A stretch of 64,000 nt of DNA from Lama guanicoe. Lineage: Eukaryota. The stretch lies in contig MU053376.1 of the NCBI GenBank assembly GCA_013239625.1, forward strand, positions 334,833 through 398,832. Direction: 5' to 3'. Of the stretch, positions 36,986 to 49,821 are shown piece after piece. Every line of letters starts with the position of its first letter. Within the stretch, counting starts at the first letter, position 1. Below the pieces are notes generated by a model, which ran no database searches, was not told the origin of the DNA, and saw only the letters and a list, made by a program, of their open reading frames with translations. The position numbers were made by a program, and so were the translations under genes.

Positions 36986-37571
36986 GACCGTCCTTCTTGT
37001 TAGCCGCCCACGACACCACGCCCTCGGTTCCCCTACAGTCTCACGGCCCCTCCTCCTCCTCTAAATGTGGGCCTGCATCAGAGCTCAGTCACCTGTCTTT
37101 TCTTCCTTAGCCTCTCCAGTCTAGGTGAGCTCATCCAGATGCACGGCATTCAATGCCAGCTCAAGCTGATGACTCCGCATCTAAACTCCAGACTGGCCCC
37201 CACCTGGGGCTTTGGACTCCGTTCTCCTGCTTCTCCACTCAGATGTCCAGACATATCAAATTTATCATGATCCAAACAGAACTCTTAATTCCGATCCACC
37301 AAGCTCACCTTTCCTGTCCCATAAGGCTCCCATGGTCCTCTTTACCCATTTGCCAAGGCTCTAAACTTAGGAGTCACCTTCAGCCCCTCTTTTCCTCAAC
37401 CGTGTACCCAATCCATCAGCAAACCCTGTCCGCCCTACTCAGCTACTTGTCACCAATGCTGCCGTCATGTCCCTCCTAGCCCACTGTTTCCATTCTTGCT
37501 TCAAACAGCAGCTAGAAAGAGCTTTCAAAATGTAAATTAAGAGCACTGTAATCCCTTTCTCAAAATCTTGT

Positions 37572-37705
37572 ATTTTTGTTTTGTTTGGAGTGGGGTAGGT
37601 AATTAGGTTTTTATCCATTTATTTTTTAAGGGAGGTACTGAGGATTGAACCCAGGACCCCATGCATGCCAGGCTTGCGCTCTACCACTAAGCTACACCCT
37701 CCCCC
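37572..37705 (-). mobile_element. vic-1-type SINE
   Basis: GGTAATTAGGTTT..GGAGGTACTGAGGATTGAACCCAGGACC..CTCTACCACTAAGCTACACCCTCC; flanked by TTTCTCAAA on both sides. Confidence 0.85.
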
Positions 37706-38899
37706 TGCTTTTCTCAAACCCTGTAGCAGTATCCCCATCACCCTAAAAATAAAACCCAGAGTCCTGATTGACTTTAAGACTCAGTTCAAACACCCATCCC
37801 CCCCACCTTGCCCCTCCCTTTCCCACCTGTTCTTGAGACCCAGCACTGTCATCATTTGTTTCCAAGTCTGCCTCCCTAGCTGGGCTCTGAGTTCCCTGAG
37901 GACAGGACCCACACGTTTGTTATTTTAGTGGCCACAGTGCCTGGTACCCACGTGACCCAAGCCCTTAGCATGGTTGATAGACACTTCAGACAAGTCACCC
38001 AGTGGCCAGAATTACCCAGGAACGTAAAATGCTGCCTCATTTCAACCTTTCAAGTCCAATATAACTTTTAGCTCCCAAACGCTAACAAGTCCGGTTACTT
38101 CATTTTTGCCACCTCCCTTTGAACTCGGAAAACCCAGCCTCCAGGGCTTCCTTTGTTTCTCTTCTCCCTGGGCATCCCCTTCCCGCCCCCTCCCCAGCTC
38201 TCTCATTCCCACTCCCTCAGGGTGGTTCAGATTTCTACCCCATTTGGCCAAGAAATTTCCTTAACTAAGACTCTTGCCAGATTCAACTTCTAACTTTTAA
38301 AAGGTCCACTGGGGCTTGCCTAGAACGGCAGCAGCACCTCAAGATCCTTTAGAAACACAGCAGGTAGGTTTCACTTCCTGCTGTTACAACTGAAAGTCCC
38401 CTGCAAGCCCCACAAAACCCCCCAGCAGGAAATATGTCTCCGCACAGGGAGTTTTGAAAGCTTCTGGGTAAAATGCTTCAACAAGGGTCGCATGGCCCCC
38501 AGCTTCCACTTGGGGTTCAACTCTGAGCTCAGGCTCTGCTCCAACAACGTGACCGTTGGTGCGGCGTCTCAGGGCTTGTTTCCTCTTTGCTTGAAACGGG
38601 GTTGGTTAAATAATTCTAGGCAGTAAACGTCTTAACTCCGGAGGCCTAGCTTCATTTATCCTTGCAACCCTCAGCCAGGTACCAGGTCCAAGGGCTGTAT
38701 CCTTTGTGAACGGAGGCAGGCCACCGGGTAGCTCTGGTGAGCACAACGAATGTTTGTTGTCAGACCTAGCGAATGAGCCATATCAACTTCCCAGCACAGC
38801 TGTAATGAAAAATCACATCGTGTATATTAAAAAAAACACTCTAAATAACTGTGTTACACCAACTGAAAGGACTGCATTAAACATTGCCTGGGAGGATTG

Positions 38900-39140
38900 G
38901 CACCGGTTTGGAGTCGAACAAACCTGGATTCAAATTCTAGAGCCAAGGCTGACTTACTGTATCCATAGGCAAATTCCTCCATCCCTCTGGGCTTCAGTTT
39001 CTTCACCTGTAAAATGGGGCTAATACTCCTCACCTGATCAAACTGCTGGGAGGCACAGTTTAGCTGATAAATGCCCAGTGCGCTGCACCTGTCAGGGTAA
39101 AAGTTACCACCTGTAAAACCACTACTATCATTATTATTTT
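38900..39140 (+). mobile_element. MIR just downstream of the PIK3C2B 3' end
   Basis: CTCTGGGCTTCAGTTTCTTCACCTGTAAAATGGGGCTAATA. Confidence 0.75.
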
Positions 39141-39199
39141 CAGCCTGTATATCAGATGTTTTAATCAAAACATGTAAACAACAAGTCTTGAAAATGACA

Positions 39200-41029
39200 G
39201 CTTCGTTTTTCTAAATGTCATTTATTAGAAAATACAATTCCAAAGTAGGAGATACAAGGACGTCTGGGAAGTGGGTACAGTCACAGACCTCTTTAAATTC
39301 TGGGCGTAGAGGGTCAAAGTAAGATGAGCCACCGGCAAAAGCCTGTAACACATCTCTGGTCCATTCATCTGGAGAAGTTCCACCCCTGTTCCCACTCCCC
39401 CAGCCCTTGCCCACAGCAGCCAGCTTTATCCTTGGCATTTTTAATTTAAAAGAAAAGTTGAAACTTCCCTGTGGCTTCGAGTGGAGCTTCTTTCTCCAGT
39501 TATGGAATGAGTCAGCAAAAGGGGGGATTTCTGATCCTCAGAGCTGGGGAGGGACAGCCCACAGAGCATCCCCGTTTAACTCCATTCCCCGGTCACTGGG
39601 CACAGCCAGCCAATTTAAAAGGTTAGTAGCAAATTCAAAGTCTCTCCCTCTTTCTTCAAGGAAGACAACCCTTTGGAGTGAAGCGCAAGAGGGAATTTCA
39701 GGTCCATCTGGGCGGGAATAAAGAGGTTAGGAGAGCAGAGACCCGGTCCCCTCTTCCAGCTCGGCTCCATCCAGCCTCCTCCCAACCAAAGAAAACCGCT
39801 GGAAAAAACAACCATTTTGATGGGATCCCCTGCCCCGCATCCCTTTCATTCAGTTAAGGGCATCCCTTTGGCTCCAGACTAAATAAGTTCATGGCCCCAC
39901 ACAATGAGAGAAATTCTTACAAAAATGTGACAGAAATGGAGTTAGGGAGAGAAGCAGCAAAATGAAAGGAGTGGCGGGTGACAGAAGTGTCCCAGAAGCC
40001 ACCAAGCAGGCGGCCACGCTAGCATCTGCAGCCTGGAGGCCCTGGGGTGAAACCCAATCTAAGGGCCGGGGCAGCATTTTATCCCACCAGGGAGAACTGA
40101 AGGGAGAGACCTGGGGGGAGCACCCCAGCATATCAACAAGGAATGGGGAGCACCCCAGCGTGTCGACAGGGACCAGATGGCCCCCAGAAGGGCCGAGAAA
40201 ATGGGGGGTGGGAGCAGAAGACAGTGTTCAGGGCAAGTCCTAGCAAAGTAGGGGAAGACGAGAGGACAAACTCCCCCAAAAGAGCACGGGTCCCTGAACA
40301 CAGGTCCTCCGCAGAACCCCGTGTGGAAGGCCCCTCCTGACACATGTGGGCACCACATCGCTCTCCTTTGGAGGCAAAATCAGAATGGCCCAGCCGCGCA
40401 GGCCTCAGTCCGGCACATGCAGCCCTCCCTGTCCCTCTCGACCTGCCTCAGAGAGGGGGGGCTCTCCCCGAGGGCCCACTGGGCCCCTCCCCAAATAATT
40501 CCTACAGAGAGAGAAACAGAAACAAAACACAAACAAAAACCCGGAGAAGAGTCCAGCAAGAACCTCAATCATACAGAAAGTCCGAACGGTCTTCCTCCTT
40601 TGCCTTCCAAGGCATATGTAGTCCCTTCTCACAAGGCTGCCTGTCCGGTTAGGACAACAGTTACTATTTCATTTTTTAAAAACAAAAATAAAGATACCCA
40701 CCCACCCTGTCCCCCAAATGCTACTTCATATAGCCCACCCCACACACCCCAAACCAGGCATTGCTCCCTTGACACAAGGTAAACTTAAAACTTTGCTGCA
40801 ACCTCACAGCCTCCAAGGGGCTGCTCATCACAACCAACCCAAACTCAGTCTGCAGAGGAGGGGCGAGCAGAGCATCTGACTCCCCCTGCCTCCTACCACG
40901 GGAGGCCCGATCCACCGGGACAGCAGGGAGGCCCCATGAAGGGCCCTGCCCTTCCAAAGGAAAGCAGGGAGAGTCCTCTCTCCCGGCTCTACCACAAGCC
41001 CGGGGTCCTGGGCCAGGGCTCCACCGGGC
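39200..41029 (-). other. PIK3C2B: PIK3C2B 3' UTR (end inferred)
   Basis: Follows the stop codon. AATAAA at 39221-39226 and ATTAAA at 39160-39165 on the minus strand. Confidence 0.65.
39221..39226 (-). terminator. Candidate poly(A) signal, PIK3C2B
   Basis: AATAAA on the minus strand with an upstream TGTA and U-rich context. Confidence 0.6.
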
Positions 41030-41218
41030 TCATAAGGTCTCGTGACTTCGAGATCCCAGTGCAAACCAGCCGGTCTTCTCCTGGGCCAGGTCCAGTTCTC
41101 GCAGGCGGATGTGCACCTCCCCCAGGAGAACATTCTCCCAGAATCCTTGCTCACTCAGCACACTCAGCTGTAGCTCCCGCTGCTGCAGGTCTCCCTTGGG
41201 GATCCCATCATACACCAG
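41030..41218 (-). CDS. PIK3C2B: PIK3C2B last exon (C-terminal C2 domain): LVYDGIPKGD...GSRSHETL*
   Basis: Acceptor TTTGCAG|CTG; 189 nt; TGA at 41030-41032. Confidence 0.96.
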   Translation of the reverse strand: MVYDGIPKGDLQQRELQLSVLSEQGFWENVLLGEVHIRLRELDLAQEKTGWFALGSRSHETL

Positions 41219-41451
41219 CTGCAAAGGCAAAATGGGGAAGAGAGGGGAGCGGTGAGAGAGGGAACTTGAAGAATCCAGGGGGAGCAGGGAAGGGTGTCGT
41301 GGTGTGAGCTGGCTGAGGCTAAGATCACCTGACCTCCCCAGCCAGACAGAAGCCGAGGGAAGCTCTTAGGAACAAAGACAAATGACGGCTTGTCACTGGG
41401 GCCACTGCTCCTCCTCCCCAGGCCACACCCCAGGGCTGGAGTCCCTACCCT

Positions 41452-41643
41452 AAGTGTCAGCAAACTTTTTTTACATAAAGGGCCAGATAAGAAATGTTTT
41501 AGGCTTTATAGGCCGTAAACTGGTCTATGTCAAGACCACTCACCCCAGCCGCTGCAATATGACAGCAGCTGCAGACAAGACTTAAATGAATCGGTGTGGC
41601 CACGACCCCATATTTACAAAAACAGGCATAGTTTGCCGGCCCC
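41452..41643. mobile_element. MER58-like hAT MITE
   Basis: GTCAGCAAACTTTTTT..AAAGGGCCAGATA..TTTAGGCTTT..ATAGTTTGCCG. Confidence 0.75.
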
Positions 41644-41672
41644 AGCCCAACGCCAGCACCCTCCCCACACAC

Positions 41673-41801
41673 CATCTCATTGTAGGTGGGGTTGCAGGTT
41701 TTCCGGGCCACTTTGGTTTTCTTCTTAGTGGTTTTCTGAGGGTCAGGAAGGAGGTAAATCTTGACATAGGGGTCAGGGTCATTCCCATCCTGGAGCAGTT
41801 G
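41673..41801 (-). CDS. PIK3C2B: PIK3C2B exon (C2): [23 protein letters not shown]...PTYNEM
   Basis: TAG|CAA ... ATG|GTGTGT; 129 nt; phase 0/0. Confidence 0.95.
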
Positions 41802-42219
41802 CTACGAAGGGAATGAAAACCAAAAACAAAAGATGAAGATACTTCCATCTGTCCCTTTATCACCATTCCTGTGACCGCCCTGAGCCAGACCCTCTTCTCC
41901 CACACCCAGCTTCCTGCAACTCACAGTAACTTGTTTCCCACCCCCTCCACCCTGACAGAAGCACCCACCGTGATGGCACTAGGGGCCCTACTAAAACGTC
42001 CGTCAGACCGTCTGTCATGTCCCGTCTGCACTTGGTATGAGAACACACAGGGCATTCTAAAGTGATTACTTGGTCTGTTTTGAATGAACCATCATGTCCC
42101 CAGATATTTTTGCCTTTTTTGTCTTTGTCTTTTTTGTCATTTGCTCCAAGTAATCCCGAAGAGAAATGAGTCAGAGAGATTAAACTGCTTTTTCAAGATC
42201 AGCCAATCAGTGATTCACC

Positions 42220-42838
42220 CAGCCTGATGCTTGTAACACTTAAGTCAGATCTTGTCAAGCCTCTGCTCAGAATCCTCCAATGGCTCCCTCCCACCTCACT
42301 CAGGGCAAAGCCGCAGGCCTGGCCACAGGACGCAGGCTCTGGTCCGCCGTGTCCTGTCCAACCGCACCATTCACTACTCTCCCCTTCACTCCAGGGGCTT
42401 CAGCCACGTTGGCCTCCTCCCGCACTTCCTGACATGCCCCAGGCAGGCTCCCGACTAGGGCTTTTGTATTAAACTGCTGCTTCTGCCTGGAACAGTCCTC
42501 CCTCAGATATATGTCTGTGACTTCCTCCCTCACCTCCTTCCACCTTTGCTCCAATACCTCCTCCTCAATGCGGGCTTCCCTGGCCCCTCTGCAAAACTGC
42601 CACTACCCTCATCCTCTCCAGTATCCCTTCTCTGCCTTATTCTCACCAGAGCAATTACCACTCTCTGACTTGCTATATATTCTACTTATCTGTCTGTCCA
42701 CCTCCTCCTCCTAGAAGGTAAGCTCCCTGAGGGCAGGGATTTTGTTTTGTTTACCCTTGAATCCACAGCTAATGTATCAGGGCCTGGCATGGAGCAGGCA
42801 GCTGATGAACATTTGTTGAATGAAAGGAATGAATGATG
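42220..42838 (+). mobile_element. L2 3' end
   Basis: TAAGCTCCCTGAGGGCAGGGATTTTG..ATTTGTTGAATGAAAGGAATGAATG. Confidence 0.8.
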
Positions 42839-43431
42839 GTGTAAGAGTGAAACCCTGGTGTCTGATTCCAAAGCTCACATACCTCCTGCCACATACCAAA
42901 GCCCCAACCTACAAAAGTCCAGCACATTGAAGGTGTTCATTAAGAGTTCCCTTCCCCTTCCACTCACAATGTTCTTAGAATCGTACCAAAAATTTAGTTA
43001 ATTACACACTGCCTTGATGATGCTTGAAGGACATTTGGCTGCCTTATCTCTATAACCACCAGGAAATAAACCCTTTGGGCCTCTCCTTATAATAATCACC
43101 ATAATAATAATGCCAGGTACTATATTAAAGTCTTCTACATGCTTTATCCATTATCTCATGAAACCCCCATAACAACCCTATCAGATGCTAACGTCATCTT
43201 CACCTTAATGAGGCTAAGGGTAAATGGGCTAGTTGCCAAGGCCACAGGTAGTAAGAAGCTGTGTCTAGCATTGCTTGGTCATACTGTAGGCCTAGCATGG
43301 GAGCACGGCCACTGAGTACTCGTTCAGCAGCCTTTGTGGTTGCTCTCATGAGACGCCTCAGAAAAGGTCTGGCCAGTCAGAAAAGTACCAGAAGAAAGAT
43401 AAAGATCCAAATGAGGGCTGTGTGCACTTAC

Positions 43432-43538
43432 CAAGCCCCGAATATGCATCACCATGATGAAGAGTTTATTGTTTTTGTAGGAGATGGACAGCTTCACCTC
43501 TCCCCCAACCTTCCCAACCGGCCGGGCCCATGAGCCAT
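43432..43538 (-). CDS. PIK3C2B: PIK3C2B exon: (D)GSWARPVGKVGGEVKLSISYKNNKLFIMVMHIRGL
   Basis: CAG|AT ... TTG|GTAAGT; 107 nt. Confidence 0.95.
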
Positions 43539-43948
43539 CTGTAAGGATAAAGGAAACCAAGAAAGGTCATGAGGCCAGCCCTGACCCCACCTGGTGGCAG
43601 GCAGATGCTTCTGTTTTCCTCTGACCTGCCATGAGTATTTCCACGTCAGGTTCTTAGAATCCCATCCGGGACCCGCCAGGTGGCCCCTGCTAACAAGACT
43701 CAGAGTTGGGGTGGGATGGTCTGTCCAATGTGAGTGTGTTAGCACCAATGGAATATCCAGTCCCCGGGGAACCCGCACAGGAGCTACGGCCCCAACAGCC
43801 TGAGTGGGAAACCAGATTCTCTAGCCAGTAAGCAAAGGAACAGAGACAAGTCGAAGAAAGAGAACTGGGAAGAGGCGAGGGCAGGAAAAGTCACCTTTGG
43901 GGGTGGTTCAGAGAGGTCAGCAGAAATACCACCGAGAAGGCACCATAC

Positions 43949-44030
43949 CTGAGGGCGTGGGGGCTGGGCTGGTGCCCGCAGCCTTCTCATCCCGGGGTAG
44001 AGGGTGGAAAAAGGTGTACACCAACTCACA
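43949..44030 (-). CDS. PIK3C2B: PIK3C2B exon (end of PX): CELVYTFFHPLPRDEKAAGTSPAPTPS
   Basis: CAG|TGT ... TCAG|GTATGG; 82 nt. Confidence 0.95.
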
Positions 44031-44079
44031 CTGCAACGGGATCAGGAAACAGGGTCACTCCTCAGTAAGACAAGGGCCC

Positions 44080-44670
44080 AGTAAAAAAGGGAAGGGACAC
44101 TTCTCCATTAAAACAGACGTATGGAATGTGACAACCAAATGTTAATATGCAGTTCTTATTTGAATCACAGCTCAAAAAAACCCAAGTGTTAAAAGAATTT
44201 GGGGGGTGGCAGGGAAATTCTGAATATGGACTATGTATTGGGTGATACAATGACACTGTAGTTATGTAGGATTATGTCCTTGTAGACACACATTACTGTA
44301 TGTAACACAGATAACCAACAAGGACTTGCTGTATAACGGAAAAGGTTCCAAAAAGAAAACACATATGTATAATCACTTTGCTATACACCTGAAACTAACA
44401 TTGTAAATCAACTACACTTCAATAAAAAAAAATATTTTTAAGTTAAAAAAATTTTTTTCCTTGTTTTTTAGCAATGCATAGTAAGTATTTGGGGGTAGAA
44501 TGTCATGATGTCTGTGATTTACTTTTAAACATTTCATATAAAAATACATGAAGCAAATATGGCAAAATATTAAACTGTTTATTTAGGTGACGGATGTATA
44601 CTCATTATACTGTTTATTTTTCTGTATGTTTGAAAGTCTCATAATAAAAAAGTTAAAAAAAAAAGAAAAA
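44080..44670 (+). mobile_element. Old L1M 3' end with a nested younger L1 3' fragment (about 44295-44440)
   Basis: CACTTTGCTATACACCTGAAACTAACATTGTAAATCAACTAC embedded in L1MC/ME-like text. Confidence 0.65.
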
Positions 44671-45503
44671 GCCAATAAAAGTCGGTCACATCAGGTCAAA
44701 AGCGGGCTGTTCTTTTCCACGACTCCCTCCCCTGCTGACGCAAGCATACCCCTTACACACAGAGAAATGCCTGGGCTACCCTTGGACAAAGACCATGAAC
44801 CCTACTTTCAAGAATGTTTCCTAGGCAATTAGGGAAAACAAAAACCAAATCTACAATGTGTGAAGATACCCACTCTAGCATTAATAGCGAAAAAAAGGGG
44901 ACATAATTTGAATGTCTTTCAAGAAGTGAATGGTTAAGGTTATGGGATTGCAAGTCAGTGCGCTAATCTGGTACAGACATTAAAAGTTGTGCTTACTATA
45001 GACACTTAAGTGAAAAAAAAAAACAGAATATGGAATTACATTTAAGCTACGACCACTATAAAGCTATAAAAGTTACATTTATAGATGGACATATAGAAGG
45101 AAATGTGGAAATAGGGTTAGATGATTTGTTAGGATGACGAGAGATGCCTACATTTGTTTTTATTCCCATTATAATACCAGGTTATAATATTTATTTAACA
45201 GGGGGGGACGGGGAAGCTAGGTGGATACACATACTCAACCAGCTCAAAAACCTTCCTTTCCTCCAGAACCCCTCTCTTCCTCAGGCTCTTTCTTGTTCAC
45301 AACAAGCACTCTGGGATGGCACCCAAAGGGCACGTCTCTCCCTGTGCCCGGCTGCGCAGTGCGTTTCACTGCGTTTCTGGGCACAGCCCATGGGGCTGGA
45401 GCCACGATTCACCCACCTCCTCCTCCGCACCGTCGGACAGACAAGTCTCCTCTCTGATTGCCCCACCCCCACATCAGAGCCAGAACAGACACAGCCCACC
45501 GAC

Positions 45504-45621
45504 CTCGGCCACCTCGGGGGCTGCGTGGATCAGGTGCCAGATGTAGCCGTTCAACTCCTCCCTCCGCCGCTCCGCCACCGCCTCTCCCCGCGGGCGGCCT
45601 ATCACGAAGCGACTAGGGAAG
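45504..45621 (-). CDS. PIK3C2B: PIK3C2B exon (PX): FPSRFVIGRPRGEAVAERRREELNGYIWHLIHAAPEVAE
   Basis: CAG|C ... GAG|GTCGGT; 118 nt. Confidence 0.95.
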
Positions 45622-45954
45622 CTGGGGACAGGTGGGCGGTGGGGACGGAGGAGCGGGAAGATGGCGAAAGAAAAATAAAGAGGCAACAACAGGCTTTAGT
45701 CACATGTCCCTTGTGTTTTCAGTCACCTGCCCCACATTTCCCACCAGCCTCCCTTCCAGGGACCTTTCCCCCAGTCCACACCTCCCCCAGCTCCCCAGGT
45801 CTGTGCCAAGGACACACGCGCAGCATCTCCCACGGGACAAGCTCCAAGGACACCAGACAAGAAAAACAAACTGTTGGGCCCCCCAGAAGTGCCTCAGGGG
45901 CTCTGGAGCCCACAGTTTTCCCCATCAAGGTAAAACTTCATTCGAAAAGTCGTT

Positions 45955-46352
45955 TTTAAAAAAATTGTTGTGAAAGACACATAACATAAAAATTACCATC
46001 TTAACCATTTTTAATTGTGCAATTCAGAATTAAGTACATTCACACTGTTGTGCAACCATCACCACCAATCACCTCCAGAAAGCTTTCCACCTTGCAAAAG
46101 TGAAATTCTACACCCATTATATAACTCCTGATTTGCTTCCTCCCCCTGGCAACATTCTTCTACTTTCTGTTTCTATGAATTTGACTATTCTGAGTACTTC
46201 ATGTAAGTGGACTCATACAGTATTTGTCTTTTGTGGACTGACATTTCACTTAGTATAATGTCCCCAATCCATGTTGTAGCATGTGCCAGAATTTCCTCTT
46301 TTTAAGACTTAATAATATTCCATTTTGTATATACACCACATTTTGCTTATCT
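45955..46352 (-). mobile_element. L1M (L1MA/MB-type) 3' fragment
   Basis: TAAGTACATTCACACTGTTGTGCAACCATCACCAC..CTACTTTCTGTTTCTATGAATTTGACTATTCT. Confidence 0.8.
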
Positions 46353-46697
46353 ACTTGCAAAATACTTCAACTCTTTGGAAGATTAGAAACTTTGGAATAT
46401 CTTGAGATTCAATCGACCCTCTGCCTTTAGACCCAGTTTGCTCCCCTGGGCGGTGGGCCAAGCAAATTTTCAAGGCTGGAGTAAAACCCCTTGAGAGTGT
46501 CAGAAGAGCATGGCCACCAGGGGGAGCACTTGCCATCAAACTCCTTGGCCAGGCCAAGGAAACCAAGGACTTAGACCTTTACTCTAAAAGGGTAGTAGCT
46601 TTCTCACTTCTGCAGCCCCCCTCCACCCCCTCGCCCAGCCCCCCTCCACCCCCCCTCCCCAGGACCCCTCAGTACAGAGAGTAAAGGGAGCAGCTAC

Positions 46698-46822
46698 CTG
46701 GGCAAGAGGGAAGAAGGGAAGAGAAGCCGCAGCTTATTGTGTAATTCCTGGAACTCCTCAAACGTCCGCTGGATGTAAGTGGCCTCATGAGCATTCTCTC
46801 GCATCACCTTTACCACATAAAT
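46698..46822 (-). CDS. PIK3C2B: PIK3C2B exon (PX): IYVVKVMRENAHEATYIQRTFEEFQELHNKLRLLFPSSLLP(S)
   Basis: CAG|ATT ... AG|GTAGCT; 125 nt. Confidence 0.95.
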
Positions 46823-46897
46823 CTGCAAAGGTTCAAGCCTCAGAGAACAATCCCTGCCAAACCCTCTCCACCCAATGAAGTAGGTGAGGGAACAGAA

Positions 46898-46924
46898 TGT
46901 GTGTGTGTGTGTGTGTGTGTGTGT
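46898..46924. repeat. (TG)n microsatellite
   Basis: Directly visible. Confidence 0.95.
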
Positions 46925-47256
46925 TTCTGGGGAGGTATGCTTTCCAGAAGGAAAAGGATACAAATGTCTCTAAGGAAGACAAAATAATATACATTTGCAG
47001 GAAAATGTAAGCAAATATTTCCTGCACATGTTTTGCAAGATCCTGGACTCAGAGGAAACTGCCATCCAACCTGGGCCCCGGATTCCAGGCAGCCTCTTGG
47101 GCAGGGAAAGGGCAGGGGCCTGGGACTGCTCCCAGCACAGGAAGGACGCTTGGTCAACCCCAGCACCCACAGTGTGGAAGTGAAGAAACAGTAAGAAGCC
47201 CAATAAATGGGAGGCGGTGGGGATCAGGAGAGGGTCAGACTGGAGAAAGGACTTAC

Positions 47257-47458
47257 GTAGCCCTTGTTGGGGTGGAAGATCTTCTCGTGGCGGCAGAGAA
47301 ACACATCACTGATGCGGCCAGAGCTCTTGAGAGTGTATGTTCGCGGAGCAAAGGAAAGGGTTAGCCTGTCATCTGAGCCTGTGAACTTCATCTGAGCCAG
47401 GTTATGAATGAAAAAATTGAGCTTTGTGGCTACACTGCCCAGGCTGGATTCAATCAAC
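47257..47458 (-). CDS. PIK3C2B: PIK3C2B exon: LIESSLGSVATKLNFFIHNLAQ...HPNKGY
   Basis: CAG|G ... TAC|GTAAGT; 202 nt; kinase C-terminal helix into the PX domain. Confidence 0.96.
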
Positions 47459-48369
47459 CTGCAGGAGGATGGGAAGAAAAAGATGTAACCAGAGACCCCA
47501 CACCCACACGTCCTGGACAGAGCCATCTCAGGGAATATCCCCTGACACCTGAAACTAACACTCAGCTCAGATCATTTTCACCGTGTAATATCCTCGCAGA
47601 GCACACGACAGCACAGAACTATCCACATGCGATTTATTTCTGTGAATCCTGGGGTCTTTATCTCCCCTCACTGTCCCCTGAGCCCAATTCAGTTAAATCA
47701 AGGCAGGAAGGAATTAGAGATGCCACCATGGAATCATCCTGTAAATGTCTAAAAACTGTTGTCAAATTGAATTTCAAGGTTCAGTACAATGGAACCTCCC
47801 CAAGCACAGCTCAATCTAGAGATTGTAGTTCAAAAGGAAAGGTTCTGTGTTAGACCCAACAGAGAAAATTTAGCTCGCTAAGTTCCAAAAAGAGTGCGTA
47901 ATAAAATGGAGAATCACCTACATGGACAGAATTGTAGACGTTAGTACAAAGACACCTCCCTGTACCTCAAAATGTCAAAAACGGGAAACTGGAACCATGC
48001 AATTCCATGTTTTAAAGAGGAGGAAGGTTCTGATCCAGACAGCTGAAAACTATGACAAAATCCATATAATACATTGCTCCATAGACCAAGTTTTTGACTA
48101 AGAGCTGGTGAGAATGCAAGACAGAGATTACAATACCTCTGTACGTACAGGTGAGCACCCAAGCGCAGATGGAAAACTGAGTCTGAGAGAACTAAAATGA
48201 CTTCCCCAAGTCAGAGGCAAAGTTGGGACAGTGGACCCAGGGTGTCAGCTGTAAGCTCTGCCGCCGGGGCTGAGCCCTTCCCGTTTTGCTGGCCCTGGTC
48301 CTCCCAATCAGACAGCCTGGAAATTAACTGCCCAGAGTGGGCAGCGCTGTCTTGCATGGAGAGTTTTAC

Positions 48370-48479
48370 CTGGTGAAGTAGGTAGTGGCATTGGCCTCTG
48401 TGTCCTGAGGCCTCAGGGCATCATACACATACTTGAGGTCATCCAGGTCTGAGAGCTCAGGGATCCCACAGGACAACAT
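48370..48479 (-). CDS. PIK3C2B: PIK3C2B exon (kinase): MLSCGIPELSDLDDLKYVYDALRPQDTEANATTYFT(R)
   Basis: CAG|ATG ... AG|GTAAAA; 110 nt. Confidence 0.96.
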
Positions 48480-48819
48480 CTGGAAAAAGACCAAAGAAGA
48501 AGGGCGCCTGTAACAACTAGGAATTCTTGCTTCCTCCCCACCACAAGGCAAGGTTTTCTATAGCTAGGCCCCCTAACCCTTCTAGAGGGTGGTGGACAGA
48601 CGCTGTGGGCAGTGGCTGGCAGGCCACCAGAACGGGGAGAGTTGGAGCAGGAAGTCAGGTACCCGCGTGGATACCACTGTGCCCGGGGAATCTGGGCCCT
48701 GCCTTTATCTAGGGCTCAGAGAAGCAGATCTTCAGAAATCCTTTGAAGCAAGACAGGGGAGTCGTAAAGATGGTGGCCAGATGATAAAGAGGGGTTCAGA
48801 AAGGGATGGAGCTCCTCAC

Positions 48820-48976
48820 CAGGCCCAGAAGGTTGAGGAAGAGGTGGGTGTGCTTGCGAATGAGGTTGTAGGCTTGGCAGCAAAGGTCAACAAAATCATG
48901 GAAGCGGCTGGAAGGCTTGTCGCCCCCGTTGATGACATACGCCATGTCCGAGGTGAAGACAAAGGGGGCACGGTCC
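48820..48976 (-). CDS. PIK3C2B: PIK3C2B exon (kinase): [18 protein letters not shown]...FLNLLGL
   Basis: CAG|G ... CTG|GTGAGG; 157 nt. Confidence 0.96.
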
Positions 48977-49440
48977 CTGGGCCAAGGGAAACACACAGGT
49001 AGACAGTCAACACGAAGGAGGAAGCCCACCTCGTGGGTCGCAGCAGGGGACGTCCCCCTCATCCCTCAGCACCTGTGTGAACTCAGATAGATGGGGCGCT
49101 TCTAACATTCTTCTTTTTCTACCTTAATCTCAAAAGATCCCCAGACACACCCTTCATTGGTTCCCTGACTGTGAGCTAGCGATACCGGCTTGCATTCCCT
49201 CTTTCTGGGGTTTGGGCTCATTTCCCTTTGCTCAGTCCTCAGCAGGGTGGGTGGAGAATGGCTGGTTCCCCCACCTTCTTCTGCAAGGCCCTGCACGGAC
49301 TTGACCTCCTGCTCAGTCTCCTCTTCTCCAGAGCTGCTCCGAAGTGTGGCCCCTTCCACTGCGGGCTTGTGTTCCAGCTCCGAACCGTTTCTGCTGAACC
49401 CCCGCCCCACGGGCACAACCTGGCTTCCGGAGACCACTTA

Positions 49441-49821
<381 letters not shown>

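Noticed and set aside
45144..45959. 271-aa + strand ORF, and similar antisense ORFs at 53567-54452 and 62776-63276
   Set aside because: Antisense shadows of GC-rich PIK3C2B exons and introns with no independent coding signal.
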